From: Nitrospinota bacterium
GTDB lineage: Bacteria > UBA8248
Reading direction: 5' to 3'
NCBI GenBank assembly: GCA_046581755.1
Contig: JAYGFR010000175.1
Coordinates: 1-21,464 of the forward strand
DNA: 21,464 nucleotides
Of the stretch, positions 1-9,622 are shown piece after piece. The notes below the pieces were generated by a model, which saw nothing but the letters and a program-made list of their open reading frames with translations, was not told the origin of the DNA and searched no databases. How positions within the stretch are numbered: the stretch's first letter is position 1; every line of letters begins with the position of its first letter. The position numbers and the translations under genes are program-made.

Positions 1-59
1 CCGATACATTCATTAACGGACAAGGAAGCCCGTTGCTCTATTTGAAAGGAGGCAATTCG

Positions 60-239
60 ATGGCCCTACAATGTTGTGTATGTGAGGATATCCTGATCGA
101 GGCCGTGGAGATGGACAAACTCCACTCTTCGAAAAGAGAAAATAAAGTCAGCAAGGTTTCGAGCGGTTATTGCCTGGACTGTTTTGGCAGGCTGGTCGGA
201 AGCGCCATCGGAGTCCACGCCGAAAAGGCCGCAGCCTAA
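60..239 (+). CDS. Small putative zinc-binding protein (59 aa; CxxC...SxGYCxxC)
   Basis: ATG at 60 follows AGGAGG. Protein MALQCCVCEDIL...VSSGYCLDCFG...EKAAA has two Cys pairs and is followed by a terminator-like hairpin. The TTG start at 33 is less likely. Confidence 0.7.
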   Translation: MALQCCVCEDILIEAVEMDKLHSSKRENKVSKVSSGYCLDCFGRLVGSAIGVHAEKAAA

Positions 240-264
240 CTCCCTCTCAAAAAATTCGCACCCC

Positions 265-319
265 ACGCGGGCGTGCTCCGGCGGTTCAGAAAAACCCCGA
301 GACGCGTCCGCGTTTTTTT

Positions 320-321
<2 letters not shown>
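265..321 (+). terminator. Long imperfect hairpin plus T-tract between the convergent small ORF and eno
   Basis: ACGCGGGCGT (265-274) pairs with GCGTCCGCGT (304-313) using G-U pairs, followed by a T9 run (313-321). Confidence 0.6.
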
Positions 322-2210
<1,889 letters not shown>

Positions 2211-2234
2211 ATGTTATCGCTCTGGGCAATGGGC

Positions 2235-2693
2235 TTAAACGGCGGAATCTTGTGGCTGTTCGAGGCCGGATATTTTCGAAACGCGCCGGGCATGACGCCC
2301 CTCCTCGAAGGGTGTGTCCAGCCAAAGTCGGACGAGGCGCCGAGCTTCGTCCGGCTCCACGCGGCGTTCTCCGATGGTCATTACGTTGGCGTCGTTGTGG
2401 CGGCGGCTCATGAGCGTGCTCCACTCATCATAACAATTGACCGCGCGCACTCCGGGAAATTTATTAGCCACGATCGACATCCCCGCCCCCGAGCCGCAGC
2501 ACAGGATCGCCCGGTCCGAGCGGCCTTCGCTCACCGCCCTGGAGGCGGGCGCCGCATAGTCGGGATAATCGCAGGATTCCTCCGAACCGGTTCCGTAGTC
2601 CTCGTAGGGAACCCCCGCCTCCTCCAGAAATGTTTTCACCATTTCCTTCAAGCGGTAGCCGCCGTGGTCGCTGGCGATGGCAATGGGCTTCAT
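2235..2693 (-). CDS. rpiB: Ribose-5-phosphate isomerase B
   Basis: IAIASDHGG, DYPD, CGSGAG, ANKFPGVRA, HNDAN, FEEGRHARRV. Start at MKPIA (2693) after GGAG. Confidence 0.95.
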   Translation of the reverse strand: MKPIAIASDHGGYRLKEMVKTFLEEAGVPYEDYGTGSEESCDYPDYAAPASRAVSEGRSDRAILCCGSGAGMSIVANKFPGVRAVNCYDEWSTLMSRRHNDANVMTIGERRVEPDEARRLVRLWLDTPFEEGRHARRVSKISGLEQPQDSAV

Positions 2694-2746
2694 CGAACCG
2701 GCTCCAACAGAAAATGGCTGGACGGAACAACCATGCATCTAAGCCT

Positions 2747-2780
2747 AGCTTACCGTATGCACGAAGAGGGTCAAAGTCAA
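2747..2780 (-). promoter_or_regulatory. Candidate tandem sigma70 promoters upstream of rpiB-nrdR-eno
   Basis: Minus strand TTGACT(2780-2775)-N17-TACGGT(2757-2752) and the overlapping TTGACC(2774-2769)-N16-TAAGCT(2752-2747). Confidence 0.5.
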
Positions 2781-2801
2781 CCTTTTGCCCACCGAGGCGG
2801 C

Positions 2802-3272
2802 TCAGGGAATCTTGGGAGGCCTGGGATCGCAGGCAAACTTCTTCTTGCAAAACCGAAGGCAGGATCCGAGAACCACCTTGGCCCGCTGGGATGCCCCGGT
2901 GGTTGTGCCGGTCGCCGAAGCCAGATAGGTCCTCTGACACGCCTCCTGGCATCCCCACCGAGAGATACCGCAACTCTTGGCGCCATCCGAGGAGGCGAAC
3001 CCGGGCCGTCCTGGTTTTTGCGGACTGCCAGGCCTACCTGGAGCGCCTGGCGCGCCAGGAGCGGCCGGTTTTCTCCGCTTGGGCTGGAGGGTAGTCGTAT
3101 CCAGCGTATCGCCACCTTTGCATTGAACCCTCCCGGAGGCGAAATCCTCAACCGCAGTTTTGCCCGACGGGCATTTCACCGAGGATTGGGCCCAAATCCC
3201 CTGCACCCCGAAGGGGGTGCCGAGAACAGCGATTCCAAGGACCAGAACACCGATACGCGCAAAATTTCGCAT
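2802..3272 (-). CDS. Hypothetical exported cysteine-rich protein with a Pro/Gly linker (156 aa)
   Basis: GGAGG RBS; signal-peptide-like N-terminus (MRNFARIGVLVLGIAVLG...IWA-Q); 8 Cys; APGAPGAPGRPG linker; fills the gap between co-oriented genes. Confidence 0.75.
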   Translation of the reverse strand: MRNFARIGVLVLGIAVLGTPFGVQGIWAQSSVKCPSGKTAVEDFASGRVQCKGGDTLDTTTLQPKRRKPAAPGAPGAPGRPGSPQKPGRPGFASSDGAKSCGISRWGCQEACQRTYLASATGTTTGASQRAKVVLGSCLRFCKKKFACDPRPPKIP

Positions 3273-3292
3273 ATTCCCTCCGTTTCGACCTT

Positions 3293-4585
3293 CTAATCAG
3301 CCGATGAAGTTTCCACCGGCCGAATCACAAACCCGGATTCGGGCTCCCCAAGTATTTTCCTGCCCGCCTCCTTTGCCACCTTCTGGAAAGCGCTCTCCGC
3401 ACCGAGACGGTCGCCCGATTCCAGCTTTCCCCGGGCATCGAGCAGGCTCATCACTATGCCCACCCAACTGTCCTCCCGGGATTGGTCCAAGGGCATTTCG
3501 GTGGCCGCCTCCAGCCACTTCCGTGCCTCCTCGCCCTTATCCACCTCGAACAGCAGGGTCGCCGCCATGACGAGCGGAATGGGATCGCCCTCTCTCTTGC
3601 GCCCGCAGGCTATCATGGCAGAGGCCGCCTGACGCTTGGCTTTTACATCGTCCCGAGGAGCGTACTGGGCCACAATCCGGTGTAAAAACTCCGGCTCCCC
3701 CAGATGGCGGTAACCCTCTTCCCATGTTTTTACCGCGCGCTTATCCCGTCCCGCCGCCTGGTAGGCCTCGCCCAGACGCAGACGTGGCGCCCTCTCGGAA
3801 GGCAGGCAGCGGACAGCCTCCTCGAGCATGGGAGCGGCTCCCTTCGCATCGGAGAGCGCGATTCTCGCCTCGCCCGCCGCCATAAGGATATCGCCCTCGG
3901 CTCGTTTGTCAGCAGCCCGCTGGGCGGGAGATGCCCAGGCGGCGTAAAGTTTGCCGATCGCCGCCAGCGCCTCGTCCCAACGCTCCTGGCCGGCGAACAT
4001 ATCGCGCAGCCGGCGAAGGATGTCCGGATGAACCGCCCCGTTCTCCCCCAAACGGAGGAGCATTTTTTCCGCCTCTTGGTGGCGTCCCACGGCTTCGAGA
4101 TTGGTGGAAAGGCGGACCAAGGCCTCAAGGGAGTCGGGTGAAAGCGAATAGAGCCGTTCATTGCACCGAATGGCTTCTTCGAGGTCGCCGGCATCGGCGG
4201 CCAAATCGCCCGCCAGGGTAAAAGCCGGGGAAAGAGTGGGATCGAGCCGCGCCGCTTTCTTGGCTTTTCTCCTGGCCGCGCGGATTTTCCCCATCGAACG
4301 GAGGTTTTCAGCCCGGACCAAAACCCCTCGTGCCCTGGCGCGGCGGCGCCCGGACCGGCGCTCGCGCCAGCGGGCGAGGCCGAAAAGGCCCACCTCGGTC
4401 CAACTCACCAAACTGGCAAAAAGGGCCCCTGTGAGGGCGGAAAGAACCACAAGCATGACGAGCGGAAGAGGGAACACCAACCCATCGGCGAGCCGGAGTT
4501 CGACCGATGAACGAGGGTTAAAATGAAGGATATAAATGGCACCGGCTACAGGAAGCGCCACTGTAAGAATGAGGCGGATTCCCAC
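3293..4585 (-). CDS. Membrane-anchored TPR protein with an N-terminal LapA-like (DUF1049) domain; LapA/LapB-like fusion
   Basis: TM helix, then N-P..V.L, then a second TM helix and a basic patch (LapA-like), followed by several TPR-like helices (KAARLDP, LYSLSPDS, EEAVRCLP..RLRLGEAY). GTG start. Confidence 0.75.
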   Translation of the reverse strand: MGIRLILTVALPVAGAIYILHFNPRSSVELRLADGLVFPLPLVMLVVLSALTGALFASLVSWTEVGLFGLARWRERRSGRRRARARGVLVRAENLRSMGKIRAARRKAKKAARLDPTLSPAFTLAGDLAADAGDLEEAIRCNERLYSLSPDSLEALVRLSTNLEAVGRHQEAEKMLLRLGENGAVHPDILRRLRDMFAGQERWDEALAAIGKLYAAWASPAQRAADKRAEGDILMAAGEARIALSDAKGAAPMLEEAVRCLPSERAPRLRLGEAYQAAGRDKRAVKTWEEGYRHLGEPEFLHRIVAQYAPRDDVKAKRQAASAMIACGRKREGDPIPLVMAATLLFEVDKGEEARKWLEAATEMPLDQSREDSWVGIVMSLLDARGKLESGDRLGAESAFQKVAKEAGRKILGEPESGFVIRPVETSSAD

Positions 4586-4596
4586 GCGGAGGCCCC

Positions 4597-4971
4597 TTAC
4601 ATCCCGCCGTTTTTCCTACGCTGCTCGAGCTCGTTTTGAGCCCCCACAGTGAAGCGCGCGTAGGGAATCACTTCAAGGCGTGTGAATGGAATAGGCTTGT
4701 CCGATTCCTCGCAAATCCCGTAGGTGCCATCCTCGATTCGCTTAAAGGCGGCCTCAACCTCGCGCAATCGCTCCCGCTCCCGCTCGCCGAGTTCCATCAA
4801 CACCTGCTGCGAGTATGTGGCTGCCGCCAAATCTCCAATATCCTGCGTTCCATCATCGCCAAATTCGGTACTCTGGCGCTGCACCGCTTCGACATCCCCC
4901 ATAATCTCACGGCGCACCTCACCTAGACGAACATACAAAACTTTTAATTCTTTTTTTTTCAAATGTTTCAC
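4597..4971 (-). CDS. dksA: TraR/DksA family RNA polymerase-binding protein, one-cysteine variant
   Basis: Coiled-coil tip DIGDLA (DxxDxA), then RIEDGTYGIC and IP..RL..IPYAR. GTG start after GAGGGG. Confidence 0.88.
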   Translation of the reverse strand: MKHLKKKELKVLYVRLGEVRREIMGDVEAVQRQSTEFGDDGTQDIGDLAAATYSQQVLMELGERERERLREVEAAFKRIEDGTYGICEESDKPIPFTRLEVIPYARFTVGAQNELEQRRKNGGM

Positions 4972-4990
4972 TTGATCCCCTCAGGTAAGC

Positions 4991-5407
4991 TCAAGAAATT
5001 GAACCGGAGGCGGAACTTGGGGCCGCCATATCGATTAATGGCGCATGCGACCAAAGATCTTCAAGGCGGTAATATTCTCTAGTTTTCTCCTCAAATATGT
5101 GGATTCCCACGTCCCCACAATCCATTAATACCCAGTTTGCTTCATTCAACCCTTCTATGAACAATGGTTTCTCGCCGATTTCTATTAACATTTCCTGAAT
5201 TCCCTCAGCAATTGCCCTAACGTGACGAGAACTGGTCCCATGGCAAATGAAAAAGGCATCCAGCTCCGATGAAATCCCCTGGAGGTTCAAAGTGACCGGT
5301 TTCAGCCCCTTTTTTGATTCCACCGCATCCTGAATTATTCGAAGACGTTCTTTAAGGATAATTCCCAAGTCCTCCTCAGCGATAAAAAATCTATTCTTCC
5401 CAACCAT
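4991..5407 (-). CDS. rsfS: Ribosome silencing factor RsfS (Iojap); start uncertain (5407, 5368 or 5362)
   Basis: SKKG, D.FFICHGTSSRHVRAIAE, WVLMDCGDV.IHIF, REYYRLEDLW. Standard position after nadD. Confidence 0.95.
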   Translation of the reverse strand: MVGKNRFFIAEEDLGIILKERLRIIQDAVESKKGLKPVTLNLQGISSELDAFFICHGTSSRHVRAIAEGIQEMLIEIGEKPLFIEGLNEANWVLMDCGDVGIHIFEEKTREYYRLEDLWSHAPLIDMAAPSSASGSIS

Positions 5408-6059
5408 ATAAACCGCGCCGGATTATAATTCCTTCCACCGATGGAGGCAATAAATTCCGTAAAGACCTCCTGGAGCGAATCCATTCCCGGATCATGGTGG
5501 CTGAAATATTTAGCGTATCCACAGAAGTAAAATTTATAAATTTTTCGGAATCAATGTATTGAAACATATTTTCTCCAACCGACTTGAAATGTGCCCGTTT
5601 GTCCAATCCTTTCAATTTTTCTTCCACGCGCGTCATAACCTCGCCTGCATCCTGCTCGCCCCTCAGCGTTACGGCGAAGTTCACCATTCCGAGGAGTCTC
5701 AGGGGCTCGCGCCAGGATTCGAGGAAGGAGAAGGCATCGGCGCCGATAATGAAGAAAAGATCATGCCCCCGGCAGGAGCCCTCGGACAATTCGGCCAGAG
5801 TGTCAACGGTGTAGGAAATTCCTCCCCGCTCGATCTCGATCGGATCGCACACGAAATGGGGGAATTCCTCCAGGGCCAGATGCACCATCTCCAGCCGATC
5901 CTCGGCCGGAGCAATATCGTCCGGGGCTTTGTGGGCGGGAAGAGAGAGGGGGACGATCCTCACCTGATCCAGATCGAGCGCCTCTCGCAGTTCATCCGCC
6001 GGGCGCAAATGCCCGTAATGAATCGGGTTGAAAGTTCCTCCTAGAACGCCAGTGCGCAA
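5391..6059 (-). CDS. nadD: Nicotinate-nucleotide adenylyltransferase
   Basis: GVLGGTFNPIHYGHL (HxGH), SYTVDTL, FFIIGADAF, ISATMIR. TTG start. Confidence 0.96.
   Translation of the reverse strand: MRTGVLGGTFNPIHYGHLRPADELREALDLDQVRIVPLSLPAHKAPDDIAPAEDRLEMVHLALEEFPHFVCDPIEIERGGISYTVDTLAELSEGSCRGHDLFFIIGADAFSFLESWREPLRLLGMVNFAVTLRGEQDAGEVMTRVEEKLKGLDKRAHFKSVGENMFQYIDSEKFINFTSVDTLNISATMIREWIRSRRSLRNLLPPSVEGIIIRRGLYGWEE
5422..5450 (-). promoter_or_regulatory. Candidate internal sigma70 promoter in the 3' end of nadD, driving rsfS-dksA
   Basis: Minus strand TTGCCT(5450-5445)-N17-TATAAT(5427-5422), followed by the all-GC discriminator CCGGCGC. Confidence 0.6.
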
Positions 6060-6086
6060 AGATTCCCCAAATCGAGCGGCCGTGCG

Positions 6087-7235
6087 TCAGGTCAAAAGCG
6101 CCAGGTTGTTGCGATGGATTATCTCATCGTAATCCTTGCTTCCGAGAATTGCCTCTATTTCGCGCGTCTGTTTACCGGCAATCCGCACCACCTGCGCGGC
6201 ATTGTAGTTGACCAGCCCCTTGCCGATGGTGTTTCCAAGCGGATCGCGAATTTCCACCATATCGCCGAAACGAAAATCCCCGCTGGCCTCGGTCACCCCG
6301 ATGGGCAAAAGGCTCTTCCCTCGGTCGATCAGCGCCCGGACCGCTCCGCCGTCGAGGCGAATCCAGCCCTTGGGTTTGGCCGTCGTGCCAATCCACCCCT
6401 TTTTTCCCTTGAGGCGGGCGCCATTGGGAACAAACAAAGTTCCACACTCCTCTCCATTAAGGGCGCGGACAAGGACCCCCGCGGATCGGCCCTTGACGAT
6501 GAGTGTGGAAATTCCGACCCGGTTCAGCACTTTCACCGCGTTCATTTTCGTGGCCATTCCCCCGTGGGCGAGCGGATTCAGGCTCCCACCAGCCACTTCC
6601 ACCACCTTAGCGGGCAGCCCCTCCACCCGGCGCAACAATGAGGCGCCGGGCGTCACCCCCGGATCGGCATCGTAGAGTCCGTCCACGTCCGAGAGGATAA
6701 TAACCAGTTCCGCCCGGACCATCTGGGCGACCTGCGCGGCCAGGATATCGTTATCGCCAAATTGGATTTCCTCAATCGACACGGTATCGTTTTCGTTGAC
6801 GATGGGTATCACGCCTTTGGCAAGAAGGGTCTCAAACGTATTGCAAGCGTTCAAAAACCGGCTCCGGACATCCAAATCCGCATGGGTCAAGAGCACCTGG
6901 CCAATTTCAACCCCTTTTCGATTGAATGCGCGCCCATAGGCCTCCATCAATATGGGCTGGCCCACGGCCGCCGCCGCCTGGCGCTCCGGAATCGCGCTGG
7001 GAATGCGCTTCATTCCCAATCGCTTAACGCCCGCCGCAATCGCACCAGAGGAAACCAGCACCACATCGCGCCTGGCCTCGCGCAACTCAACCACCTGGGA
7101 GACGATTTTCCCTAGCACCCGGCGGTTCACCCCCTCCTCATTGGGCGCCGTGAGGACGGAGCCGCCAACCTTCACGATGATTCGGCGGCTTCGAAGTATC
7201 GGCTCCCTGCGCCTGCCCCGCGCGGCTTTCGTCAT
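6087..7235 (-). CDS. proB: Glutamate 5-kinase with PUA domain
   Basis: IIVKVGGS, VSSGAIAAG, QAAAAVGQ, PIVNEND, FGDND, GGMATK, plus C-terminal PUA (GKSLLPIGV). Start overlaps the obgE stop (ATGA). Confidence 0.97.
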   Translation of the reverse strand: MTKAARGRRREPILRSRRIIVKVGGSVLTAPNEEGVNRRVLGKIVSQVVELREARRDVVLVSSGAIAAGVKRLGMKRIPSAIPERQAAAAVGQPILMEAYGRAFNRKGVEIGQVLLTHADLDVRSRFLNACNTFETLLAKGVIPIVNENDTVSIEEIQFGDNDILAAQVAQMVRAELVIILSDVDGLYDADPGVTPGASLLRRVEGLPAKVVEVAGGSLNPLAHGGMATKMNAVKVLNRVGISTLIVKGRSAGVLVRALNGEECGTLFVPNGARLKGKKGWIGTTAKPKGWIRLDGGAVRALIDRGKSLLPIGVTEASGDFRFGDMVEIRDPLGNTIGKGLVNYNAAQVVRIAGKQTREIEAILGSKDYDEIIHRNNLALLT

Positions 7236-8284
7236 AGCGCTCCCTCTTTCTTGGTTGCGCTGCCCGCTTCCTTTTTCTCCCCGTCATTCGCCCTTTCGGA
7301 TAGATTCCGGGAAATATGGCCGATCAACTCCTGGAGCCCCTCTCCCGAAACGGACGAGATTCCGATGACCTGATAACCGCGCGCCTCCAGGCCCTTCCGG
7401 AGAGTCTCCGCCTGCTCCTGGGATTCGGTCAGATCCAATTTGGACAACACCGCCAGCCTCGGCTTCCGGGCGAGTTCCGCGGAGAACAATTCGAGTTCAC
7501 TGGATATGGCGTCCATATCCGAAAGCGCATGATCGCTCGGGACGCTGGCATCCACTAGATGAAGCAGCAGCGAGCACCGATCCACGTGGCGCAAAAATCT
7601 CATGCCCAGTCCCTTGCCCGTGTGGGCGCCGGGGATCAGGCCTGGAATATCGGCCACAACGCAGGAGCGGAAATCCCCGAGATCCACTACTCCCAAGTTG
7701 GGTTCCAGCGTAGTGAAGGGATAATCCGCGATCTTGGGCCGGCTGGCCGAAATCCGGGAAATCAGGGTGGATTTCCCGGCGTTGGGCATCCCGATCAGGC
7801 CGACATCGGCCAGAAGTTTGAGTTCCACCTCCAACTCCACTTCCTCGCCGGGAAGGCCTTTCGTCGTTTTTCGCGGGGCACGGTTGGTCGAGCTTTTAAA
7901 ATGTTCGTTCCCCAGGCCTCCCCGCCCCCCCCGGGCGATGACGACCTCCTCACCCTCCCCGGACAAATCCGCGATCACATCGCCGGTGCTCACATCGCGG
8001 ACGATGGTTCCGATAGGGACGGAGACAATCAGATCCTCGCCGTTGGCGCCGTGCATGCGGCGGCCCTTGCCCGCCTCGCCCGATTGGGCGCGGAGATTCG
8101 GCCGATGACGGAAATGAAGAAGGGTGTTCAGCGATGAGTTCGTTTGGAAAATAACGTGGCCACCACGGCCGCCGTCTCCGCCGTCCGGCCCCCCTTTGGG
8201 GATATACTTCTCGCGCCGGAAACTCAGGCAGCCGTCCCCGCCCTTTCCCGATTGAACAAATAATTCTGCGGTATCTACAAACAT
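7232..8284 (-). CDS. obgE: GTPase Obg/CgtA (350 aa)
   Basis: MFVD...GKGGDG..SFRREKY.PKGGPDGGDGG, GMPNAGKST, YPFTTL, DIPG, SKLD. Start at 8284. Confidence 0.98.
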   Translation of the reverse strand: MFVDTAELFVQSGKGGDGCLSFRREKYIPKGGPDGGDGGRGGHVIFQTNSSLNTLLHFRHRPNLRAQSGEAGKGRRMHGANGEDLIVSVPIGTIVRDVSTGDVIADLSGEGEEVVIARGGRGGLGNEHFKSSTNRAPRKTTKGLPGEEVELEVELKLLADVGLIGMPNAGKSTLISRISASRPKIADYPFTTLEPNLGVVDLGDFRSCVVADIPGLIPGAHTGKGLGMRFLRHVDRCSLLLHLVDASVPSDHALSDMDAISSELELFSAELARKPRLAVLSKLDLTESQEQAETLRKGLEARGYQVIGISSVSGEGLQELIGHISRNLSERANDGEKKEAGSATKKEGAL

Positions 8285-8321
8285 CGCGTGGCCGCGGCGG
8301 GAAAATAGGAAATGGGGCTGG

Positions 8322-8579
8322 TTACTCGGCTGGCTCCACGCTGACATAGCGGCGGGCTCGCGCCTTGCGTTTGAACTGAACTTTTCCGCTGGCTTTGGCG
8401 TAAAGGGTATGATCGTTCCCCAGACCGACATTCTCGCCTGGATGGAACAATGTCCCCCGCTGACGGACAAGGATTTCGCCGGCCTTGACGAACTGACCCG
8501 CAAATCGTTTCACTCCCAAGCGGCGACCTGCGCTGTCGCGCCCGTTGGAGGAACTCCCGCCCGCTTTTTTATGCGCCAT
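8322..8579 (-). CDS. rpmA: 50S ribosomal protein L27
   Basis: [32 protein letters not shown]. Confidence 0.99.
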   Translation of the reverse strand: MAHKKAGGSSSNGRDSAGRRLGVKRFAGQFVKAGEILVRQRGTLFHPGENVGLGNDHTLYAKASGKVQFKRKARARRYVSVEPAE

Positions 8580-8581
8580 GG

Positions 8582-8902
8582 TTAATTGCCCCCTGTCTGG
8601 ATTTCCGTTACCTCAAGCTCGGTATATAGCTGGCGGTGGCCGCGCTTCGTGCGGATGTTCTTTCGCCGCTTGAAGCGGAAAGCGTACACCTTATCGCCCT
8701 TGCCATGGCTGCGAATCACCGCATGGACCATCGAGGCGGCGAGCGCGCCCTTTTCGGCGATCACGTTATCGCCATCCACGATCAAGCGAACATCATCCAG
8801 TTCAACCGCCTCACCCACTTCGCCGGCAATTCGCTCGACCTTCACGGAATCGCCAGCCTGCAACCGAACCTGCTTCCCGCCAGTTTCCACTACTGCATAC
8901 AT
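8582..8902 (-). CDS. rplU: 50S ribosomal protein L21
   Basis: [11 protein letters not shown]...KRRK...KRGHRQLYT. Start at 8902 after AGGAG. Confidence 0.98.
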   Translation of the reverse strand: MYAVVETGGKQVRLQAGDSVKVERIAGEVGEAVELDDVRLIVDGDNVIAEKGALAASMVHAVIRSHGKGDKVYAFRFKRRKNIRTKRGHRQLYTELEVTEIQTGGN

Positions 8903-9042
8903 GAGACGCCATCTCCTAGGCCGGCAGGCCCAATCATTGGATCGCGCGGGGTGCCCCGGCACGAACGTTTATACATCCATCATCCGAATTAACAGCCCCA
9001 TTCCCTTCTCGACCGCAGGGAGGGAGGCCGGAAAAGCCCTTT

Positions 9043-9072
9043 CTTTTAGCAATGCCGGAGGGGGATTGTCAA
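9043..9072 (-). promoter_or_regulatory. Candidate sigma70 promoter for the rplU-rpmA-obgE run
   Basis: Perfect TTGACA (9072-9067), 18-nt spacer ending in TGC, and -10 TAAAAG, which lacks the final T. Confidence 0.45.
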
Positions 9073-9138
9073 TTCGGCCTGAAGAGAAGAAAACACAAGG
9101 ATTTCAAGAAACTCCGGGGTGGGCGTCCGTCCGGAGAA

Positions 9139-9558
9139 TCAGCGTGGGCCGGGTGGCCGGAAACCCCTGCGCCTTTTTCCGCGTCTGATGCGAATCAGGC
9201 GAAAGTTCAGCGATTTTTTCTGGTAGGACACCTTCCGCCGTATGGGCAAATAGCCTTTTTTTTGGACCACCACCACGAACCCGCTCCACATGTCCTTTAC
9301 GCCGGCCTTGTATGTAATGGATACCGGCGTTTTTCCCTGAAACACATCGTTGACAAATAAATCGCCGCCCGGCGGATCGGTAATGACGGTGAGTGTACGG
9401 CGATTGATGTTTTTTACCTTTTCGACGACATTTTTATCCAACCAGGCGCAGCCTCCCACCGAAAAACCCGCCATCGAAACCAAGGCCCAAAGAGCCAGAC
9501 GGCGCCATTTGAGGCTGGAAATAGGTGAATTCATCATTTTCAAAAAATCATCCCGCAT
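9139..9558 (-). CDS. PEGA-domain putative lipoprotein
   Basis: Basic n-region, hydrophobic stretch and lipobox-like VGG-C; LTVITDPPGGDLFVND..QGKTP and KKGY are PEGA-like. Start may be 9537 or 9534. Confidence 0.75.
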   Translation of the reverse strand: MRDDFLKMMNSPISSLKWRRLALWALVSMAGFSVGGCAWLDKNVVEKVKNINRRTLTVITDPPGGDLFVNDVFQGKTPVSITYKAGVKDMWSGFVVVVQKKGYLPIRRKVSYQKKSLNFRLIRIRRGKRRRGFRPPGPR

Positions 9559-9622
9559 ATCCTGTCAGTCGCACCGAACCCGGCAAAAACATCATCAGCT
9601 GGATGACAATTCCGGGCATCCC

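Noticed and set aside
3000..3070. Short CCAGG/CCTGG repeats as a DNA repeat element or CRISPR remnant
   Set aside because: They are explained by Pro-Gly codons in the linker of the Cys-rich protein; there is no repeat-spacer periodicity.
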